A DNA stretch of 64,000 nt from Octopus vulgaris. Taxonomy: Eukaryota. The stretch is from positions 200,818,001 to 200,882,000 of the forward strand of contig OX597815.1 in the NCBI GenBank assembly GCA_951406725.2. The letters run 5' to 3'. The notes under the pieces are model-generated. The model did not search any database and had not been told where the DNA came from. It was given only the letters and a program-made list of their open reading frames with translations. Below, one piece after another: positions 55,094 to 64,000 of this stretch. Each line of letters begins with the position of its first letter. Position 1 is the first letter of the stretch. The position numbers and the translations under genes were made by a program.

Positions 55094-55468
55094 CTTAAAT
55101 TCTCCACAGTTCTCATCGAAACAGCTGCATCCCTTCTCTGCGTGAGAGTCCAGATTTTCAAGAAAATGCAAATTTCTCTTCCTGTATCTAGTTTTTCCCA
55201 AAGGTAGCCTTAAAGAGTGAAAAAACTCCTTTTTTCTTCTATGCAACTCCGGACGTGTTACACTAGAGTATGGTACTTTCTTTTGACGCTTCAGCAAACT
55301 CATACTCGTTCCAGCATCAGATTCGTAATTCGCTTCGCTTCTCACAAGAACATTATTGTTTTTATCTTTTGTGAGAATAATGCTTTTTGCATCCTGAATA
55401 TGCAGCAGAGTCGTAAAAAGCATAGCCGCAAGTTGTATTTTTATCCCAGTTTTATTCCAGAGCTGTTT
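55094..55468 (-). CDS. Candidate exon of a secreted precursor (signal-like segment, basic cleavage sites, Cys cluster)
   Basis: Longest non-repeat ORF (144 codons); ttttcttgcAG acceptor; IQLAAMLFTTLLHIQDAKS, KR, RRKK, RYRKR, CSCFDENC. The donor site is unresolved. Confidence 0.45.
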
Positions 55469-55568
55469 CTGCAAGAAAACTACGAAACTTTAAATCACAT
55501 GAGACCGATTCAAACTGTTTTTATGAATATTTCATACACATACATACATGTATTTTGTATATATCTGA

Positions 55569-55603
<35 letters not shown>

Positions 55604-58600
55604 GTGTGTGTATGTGTGTGTGTTTGTGCGTTTGTGTGTGTGTGTGTGTGTAAGTGTGTATTACTCTTCTACAAGTAAGGAAACTTCAGACAAGTGCCAT
55701 CAATTTATTTAAAAAGAATAACAGTAACCATGCTGAATTACGTGAATATTTTGACCCTTTCCTGCAATAATACACGAAAATTGATTTTTCCTTCATAGAT
55801 GTTAAAGATTTGATCGATGTTAGGGGTATAACACATATCTCCAATGTACGTATAAAGTGAAGGCAATTCAACGTTTCAGAAGGTTAAGAAAAACTGATGC
55901 ACAATAATTTACACGCTATCTCACTAAGATAGATTGTACGTGGTCACTAGAGCTTTTAGAATTAGCAGCAGACCTACATTGAAATCATTTTGAATAAATT
56001 TAAATCAGCCTGGATTGGGAATAATTGGGCTCTCCTTGTACATTATCTGAGAAGACAGGAATTATTATATTAAAAAACTGGAAATGTTTGAACATTTAGG
56101 CTCAGGCAAGTTTGAAGTAATTTTAAATGACAATAGACGGATAACTGAATCTACAAATTCCTTTCAATACTACAAGTAGTATTTGAATGGTCCCAGAATA
56201 AGTCAACCAGTAGAAGAATATTAGCAAAATATTTTCGCTGGATATTATATCCATAGACACAAGTTACTGTGAATCTGAACATTTTGACGTGCAAAATATG
56301 TAGAAACCTATATTCCTCAACTGAAGATACTGAATATTTCGAAAGTACTAATCGATACTCCATATAAATGTATTGACAACATCCATTCCTTCAGGCGTAC
56401 GGGCAAATATATACACACTAACACACGTTATTTATAATACAAGTCTACAAATTCAAGCCTATTCATCCATTTAGTCATATATGCATACATACCTATGCAT
56501 ACACATACAAATATGCGTATATGTATTGTATCTTTTATATATGATTCCGTGTCTTCGTGTATGCGACGTGCGTTTCTGAGTGTATTAATATATATTTTCT
56601 ATGATTGCCGTCAGTTATTGGGATTTAAAGAGATTACTTTCTGCTTATTTGATCCACACTTTTTGGCATAAAGTCGATACTAATAGCAAGATAATCTTTT
56701 GAGTTGATCATGTCAATTTTCAAATATTCAATATCAATTATTTTTTTCTAAATCTATTTCTAAATGTTTTTTATATCTACATTTAGCAAATGAATATGCA
56801 GTTTTCCCAATGATTGCACTTGTATTTCTTTACTTCTTATATCAGGATATTCCCTGTTTGAAGTGTCATTTTGCACTGAGTAATTTATCCACATCTCAGC
56901 CAAATTTCTAAATAGGTTACTGCAAATTCACATCAACAGCACAATATAATAACTGTTCATGATTTCATTTTTTCCCCAACTGTCTGCCTTAAGGGATTCG
57001 TCCATTATAGGATAGGATTTGCTGCTTCTCTTTTACCTTGCCTGGTGTCAGAGAAATATTTCTTCATTCTGAGTTTGATTTGATATTAATTTTGGTAAAA
57101 TTCTATAAAATATATCTGTCTTGCTTCAAATTTTGATCCATCAGATATCTACCTAGTAATAGTTTTGCCAATAAATTCACTATATTTCATTACTTCAATA
57201 TGCTTTATTACTTCTTCATAATATAAATTTCCTTCGTTTCCCTACAATATTTATAGTTTGTTCTCCATTTCCATCTCTATTTCCGATCTTATGTTCACAG
57301 ATATTCTTCCCATGGGAAGCCATTTTTATTTTAGTATTCATTTCGAATCCAATTTATAAATCAATGCAATATATTTCTATCAGATATCAAAATCTTTATT
57401 TTTTCTTTTTTTTATGTATCGTGAATTATTGCTCCTCGGAGTGGAATAAATATTTCTTTAATCTATTGCCGTCGTTAGTACAGCTTTCTAGAGATAGGTG
57501 AATCAGTGAAGCAGAACAAACCCATTACTGCAAATCACTGTAAATCTTGATAATTTTAATTTTAATTTCAAATTGATGATGTTTGATTTATGTCTTTCTT
57601 ATCAATTTTATAATTTTATTGGATTCTTATAAGAATAAAAATATAAGACCGATATTATTCTCCTCAAGTAAGCAATATTTATCATTGTTGTTATTTCCCA
57701 AAGTAGGTGATATTTTGAGATTTTACATACATTTTATTTTTAAGGAAAGGATCAACGCATACACATAAATACTCAGTTACGTGCACACACATGAATACGC
57801 CTACTCGCACATTTAAATTAAACAGTTCTTATATCTCTCTTTTAGGTTCATCAATATATCTATCTGCTATATGAAGAAATATATATATATATCTTTATAC
57901 AGATATAGTCATGCATGTATCTAGATTCTAATAATCTATGCTTGATATCATCTACTTCCATATGTATTAAAATGCTTAATTCATGCTTGAAGGAAAACGC
58001 ATAATATTTATTATATAGTAAAGTACGGGTAAAAATCTATATACTTCATCTGCTTATGTGTGTTACGTTTAAGCATATATACATTTAGGTGCTGACGATT
58101 ATTTTCTCATGTATGACAGTCAGCAATAAAACATGAATATACGTGCATTTTTAAGTAATCTAGGGCAGCAGAATTATAGCGGTGTCTGTCACGTATGTTA
58201 TAGATACCATTGGCTTATTAATGGTGATACCGGATTATAGTTGCTAGTAGATATCCTTTGCTTGGACAATATGTAGGATTTTGATGTTGCACATAGATTG
58301 CATATATTCATTTTCTTTTTGTTTCTTCCTTGTTCTGAAATATGCTACTACCTCCGGAATTATCGATTCGTTCACTTAATCCCTACATGTTGCGCGTAAG
58401 TCGGGGACATGCAGCAAAATTCCGTCTCATATCTCGCACTCATAGCAAACGCATATATGAGCCACAAACACTTTTATGACAAATGCTGTTCTACTCAGAA
58501 TTAATACTCATGAATAAGGGTTATACAAATTTATGAAACCGATTAATCCAGCAGCTATTTCAATGGCTATGCTGAATCACGCAGTCAGTTATAAGTAAAA

Positions 58601-58719
58601 TGATACACAAAAACGACTTGTCTGAATACAGACTGAATTCTGGGATTTTAAAGTTATATGATCTACTACCCTTTCAGCTGGCTATCAAGTGCATTTATGA
58701 TTATGTAAATAAAGTAAGT

Positions 58720-58926
58720 CGGTGAGCGGACAGAATCGTTAGAACGCCGAGCGAAAGGATTTGTGGCATTTCGTCTGCCGTTACGTTCTGAGTTCAACTC
58801 CTACCGAGGTCGACTTGTCCTTTAGGAGTCGATCAATTAAGTACTAGTTAAGTACTGTTGTCGAAGTAATCGAATATCCTCCTCTCTCAACGATTTTAGG
58901 CCTTGTTCCTATAGTAGAAGGGATTA
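58720..58926 (+). mobile_element. SINE family C (diverged)
   Basis: CAGAATCGTTAG...TTCGTCTGCCGTTACGTTCTGAGTTCAA...GAGGTCGACTT. Confidence 0.75.
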
Positions 58927-59055
58927 CGTAACTAAAGGAGGGTATTCAGATTTTGAATCGTTTGGAAATTTCACTCCTACGTAGAAAATAATTGCATGTT
59001 CATAAACAGAGTGTATATAGTTACAGGAATATACATACACATGCAGATATCTGTT

Positions 59056-59111
<56 letters not shown>

Positions 59112-59817
59112 CATATATATTGGTCGCGTCAGACTTTCTACAGAGGAATATTGCAAGGAATGGGTGTCCTGATGCCCCGGCGAAAACATGAGGGACACAG
59201 CAGTTTAGCCACGAGCTGCTCAAGTAACATACTAGACTGTCAATACTATACTTATACACTCTCACACACTAACAACCCCATGAGTATATGGTGTACTTAA
59301 TTTGTTTTTTAAGATGGTTCTTTTTGTTTAATTCTTTATGTGAAACGACTGTCATAATTCTCACGCAAGATAGTTACTTCACTGTATAAAATATAATTTA
59401 CTTCTTAATTTTGTACACAAAAGGTAAGTTTCCTTTCATTCGTGGTGACTATTTCCATCGGAAGTATTAAACTGAATCCTACTATCTGGCGTGACGCACA
59501 CGGATGTTACTGTGTTGATAATGATTTCTGTTTCTACTTGAACTCGGCATCTAGTCTTTGGAACGACTTCTGTCAAGGCAACAAGGAACAGTATCAGGCA
59601 TTTAAAATAACAAGATAGGAATATTATGATATTAATATCGGACATTGACTGGAGAATGGCAAATTTCGAAGGAGCTTTGGCATTGTTAGTATGTTCTTTA
59701 CTCTCAATTTCCACAACACCTCACACATATTCGTTCATAGGATGAAAATCAATCTTGTGTGGAAGCCACAATCTCGATCTTACATGTTCGGAAATCGTCT
59801 CTGCTTATGTGCAGTTT

Positions 59818-59924
<107 letters not shown>

Positions 59925-60559
59925 CATACATATATACATACATAAATACATACATAAATACATACATGCATACATACATATATGTGCATGCATGCTGGAT
60001 GTTCATTGACACGGCGTAAGAAAGAGAAAATATATTTACATGCATGGATATAGTGGATAAATATATTTTTCAGAAAATCCATGTTATCAGTATAAGAGTA
60101 GGATTTCAAATATTTGTTGTTCTACAAGGCATGCTCTGTCTACCTAAGTGATGCTTACATTTTTTTTTTCGTTTTTATAATTGTACATAGAACTCATTTA
60201 ATTTAAGTATGGTGCATTTTGAACGTGCGGCTATGTTTCCTTATATCAAAGTGTGCCTCATGGATTGTCGCTGTGTATCGCAAGAGTTAAAAACGCAGAT
60301 TAATCTTGTAGTTCACATACAATATCATTCCTATGATAATCTATATTCACAGTAAAAGGAAACTGAGATAAAAAGTACAGAATCACATAAACACATATGT
60401 ACACATATGTATGTGTCTGTTTGTGTCTGTTTGTGTCTGTTTCTGGATGTTTGTATGCGAGTGTGTGTATCTATGTATCTATATATATATGTATACCCGT
60501 ATCTAAGTTTCCATGAGCGAGAAATGAAAATTCAGAGTGAATATTCAAGATTTAATTTC

Positions 60560-60601
<42 letters not shown>

Positions 60602-60848
60602 TTTAATTTGGAAAAACATCTGGAATTGTAAAATTTCACTTTACATATTCGTAAGTAATCAGGCAAAATAATCGTTTGAACAAGGATATAGAGGAAAAAA
60701 CAGTTCGTTTATATTGACGAGATTATGGTGTCAGAGAATGTTCGACGTCACTAAATTTATATAAAAAAATACATTATGTTTCAATTTACACTTCAACAAA
60801 TTTCTACAAACTTTTGAAGACAAACTATCATAGATAGAAACAGTCGCA

Positions 60849-60952
<104 letters not shown>

Positions 60953-61798
60953 TTGTTAATGTGTGTGTGTATATGTATATATATTGTTATATATTGTTAC
61001 ATCATATTACACAAGCACACATATATGCATATACACAGTGACGCACACACGCAAGTGCACGCTTATGTATGCATCTAAATAAAATAAAAGATATAATTTT
61101 TTTTCTACTAGTTGCATTTAGTTAAAATGCAATCTTCTAGAAATAAAGAGAAATTTAAATATTTAATGGGAACATATTTTAATGAAACACATTTATAATT
61201 TTATAATTTTTTCAATAAAATGCGATTGAATGAAGGTAGTATACATATTCGATTTAGCTCTATATTTCCTGTATATGCAACGAATAAATGAGTTATATAC
61301 ACGTCCGCCATGTTTTATAGTTTCTCTATTATACTTTGTTTTAATTTTCGAAGTTTGTAAAGGAAGAAGCCGATAACACATATCTTTAGGTTATATCAGT
61401 TTGAATATATAACCACATACCTGATTATAATCTATACATAACCTTTCTTTTATTACTTGTTCTTTTTCTATATTCTGTCGTTTGAAGAAGACTGGCATAT
61501 TAAACTCAACTGAATAATCACTAATGCATGTTTCATTTAATTCATCGACATACATGGCTGTTTTAAATATACAATGCAAGTTCAAAATATATAAAATGTA
61601 TAACTAGTTTGACAAGCATAAATAATGGTGCGTTTTTAGTTTCATGTCGTATTGGAAGTGTCATTGATTGACAAGTTCTATCAAAATACATATATTTATT
61701 CTCTCAAAGTTTTATATACTTGGAAGTAATTTTATATATCACGTCGTGTTGCTTCTATTTTGAAATCAAAATACTTTGATCGTCGTTTTTATGCCTAG

Positions 61799-61832
<34 letters not shown>

Positions 61833-61836
<4 letters not shown>

Positions 61837-62109
61837 AATTGCTGCGTGGAAGGTGTTTGTAAGTCATTTAAGAAACACACAAAAGCCGCTCGATTCACTT
61901 CAACATTTAAGTTTAATTTGTCAAAATATTTTCGTCGCTTTAAGACCGCGACCTGTTCACTGACAAGATGCATCACTGTCAGTGAACAGGTCGCGGTCTC
62001 AAAGCGACGAAAATATTTTGACAAATTAAACTTAAATGTTGAAGTGAATCGAACGGCTTTTGTGGGTTTCTTAAATGGTTTACAAACACCTTCCACGCTG
62101 CAATAGTTT
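61833..62109. repeat. Inverted repeat (61833-61965 and 61977-62109, 11-nt spacer), pLTR-like
   Basis: Mirror ORFs 61755..62096- and 61846..62106+ give nearly the same peptide; follows (TA)n. Confidence 0.9.
61977..62023 (+). ncRNA. Hammerhead-like motif with G3-C8 core swap (mirror copy 61919-61965, minus)
   Basis: TGTCA-GTGAACA-G-GTCGC-GGTCTCAAA-GCGAC-GAAA-ATA-TTT-TGACA. Confidence 0.65.
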
Positions 62110-62395
62110 TCGTTTCAGCACACGATCTCAGATCAAATCACTTGCTATGCAAGTACATCTCCGTAATATATATATATATATATAAAATGGCTGAAAGTTA
62201 GTAAGGAGAGACACAAATAAGAAAGAAGAAAACAAAGGACCACTGATGCGGTCACAGGAGTGTGACGAAAGAACTCTGACCGAAATAAGATTAAGATTAA
62301 TGTAAAAAATAAATAACACTGAAGCAAAATAACACCAAATATATAGTGCGTGTGTTTTTATTGGCTAAACTGGCAATATGACCATTCCGAAATAT

Positions 62396-62434
<39 letters not shown>

Positions 62435-62468
<34 letters not shown>

Positions 62469-63720
62469 TATAGCTGCCTACTCCACCCGAGGAAGACCCT
62501 CACTGACTATTGAGAAACATTTTGCATTCAAATGTATGCTTTACACGTTCACTCCTCTGCTGATTAAGTAGCTCAACTGTTGATAAGCATACACGTCTGC
62601 AGATAATGTAGACCAATCTTACTGCCCCATTCCCAATACTGTTTTTTTTTTGTTGTTTTTGCGCAGCTCGCTTAAATTCTGCATGAAAGATGGGTGTTAT
62701 TTTCAAAAAAATCCACTTCTTCCTTAAATCTTTTCTTTCAATGAAGCGATGTCAATTATATATTTCCTGTTAATAGCCCGTACTTCACATGCCTTAACGA
62801 GGACTTCACAGAGTCTCTTTTTGCTGTTGACTGCGAATTAACTATTGACATAGATGAAGCTATATAATTTGTCATGGAGTTTATTTCTGCCGCCTGTAAA
62901 ACATTTGGACTCAGCATTAGCCTGTTCTAGAATTCTGTAATCTTGCACCCAGATACCTAAATGTGAAACTGTTTTAGTTGTAGGAACAGGACTGGAAGTG
63001 CCATATATGTCTATATGATGACTGCATACTGCGTTCTTGCTCCCTGGTTGATGAATCATCTTTAACACTTCAGGATATGAATAGTTCTGTCTGGGCTCTT
63101 GTATTTCATGTGTGATTCGAACTTAGTTTCAAAAGAAAACCAGTAGTTGCAGTGTACCGCATGTGTGTGCCGATGTCGCTAACTGAGGCGTGTGTGATAT
63201 TAGACCCTTTACTAGAATCCTTAAAGGTCCTTACACGCGTCCATCGGTGACGTCTGAGACACATTCTGAATGTTGGCTGAGGCCGGCGGTCTTCGGGCAG
63301 AGTTGACATCCTGAATGTTTATGTTCAGATGACTGGTCAGGAGACCCTTAGGCAGACAAATAGTATATGTGGAAACTATTTGTGGAAACCTCCTCCTAGC
63401 GGAAACCAAGATTGTGTACGTGTATGTATTATTATGGTTGGGTTCTGACGTGCCCCGCAGCATCAAAATCTGATCCTCACACTTCTAAGTCCAGAATCTC
63501 TGCCTCGAAGTCCTGGATACATTCCATGCCACTGTCTGCATTCAAGTTGTCCATGTAAATGTAACGGCATTGCCTTCTTCTTAGGTCACCATGAAATGGA
63601 TTCCACAAGACTAAATTCTAGATCAGTGAGGCGTAATCCGTGACGAGAGAGTCGTCGTACACGTCTTTGCCTCATCTTCTCGCTTAACTTTCGGTAGGCC
63701 CTAATGAAGGCATTCATCTT
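62435..63720 (-). mobile_element. Decayed coding-like segment ending in (TAA)n, possibly a non-LTR retrotransposon 3' part
   Basis: Broken minus-strand ORFs, weak YIIDIA motif, (TAA)n tail at 62435-62470. Confidence 0.3.
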
Positions 63721-63894
63721 TATGTATGTATGTATGTTTGTATGTATGTATGTATGTATGTATGTATGTATGTATGTATGTATGTATGTATGTATGTATG
63801 TACGTACGTACGTATATATGTATGGTTGTATGAATGTCGGCATATATATATATATATATATATGTACGTATGTATGTATATATGTAAATACAGA

Positions 63895-64000
<106 letters not shown>

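Overview
AT-rich, repeat-dominated eukaryotic DNA with dense (TA)n, (CA)n, (GATA)n and (TAA)n microsatellites. The SINE families and composition suggest an Octopus genome (inference). Most ORFs in the supplied track are microsatellite or SINE artefacts. Recognisable content: three tRNA-headed SINE families (about 12 copies), decayed mariner, Tc1 and hAT-like transposases, a non-autonomous Helitron, and many Penelope-like element (PLE) remnants. The main non-obvious signal is a population of at least 11 loci carrying minimal type-I hammerhead ribozyme motifs (stem I - CUGANGA - stem II - GAAA - short, usually palindromic stem III - NUH - stem I'). Many sit in outward-facing inverted repeats of 0.3-1.5 kb next to (TA)n tracts. 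They include one intact core (14308-14347), a compensatory G3-C8 core swap (61977-62023) and forms with a long, branched stem II. A possible minus-strand spliced gene for a secreted, CUB-like protein lies at about 54.1-55.5 kb. All calls were made by eye; no database search or folding computation was run.
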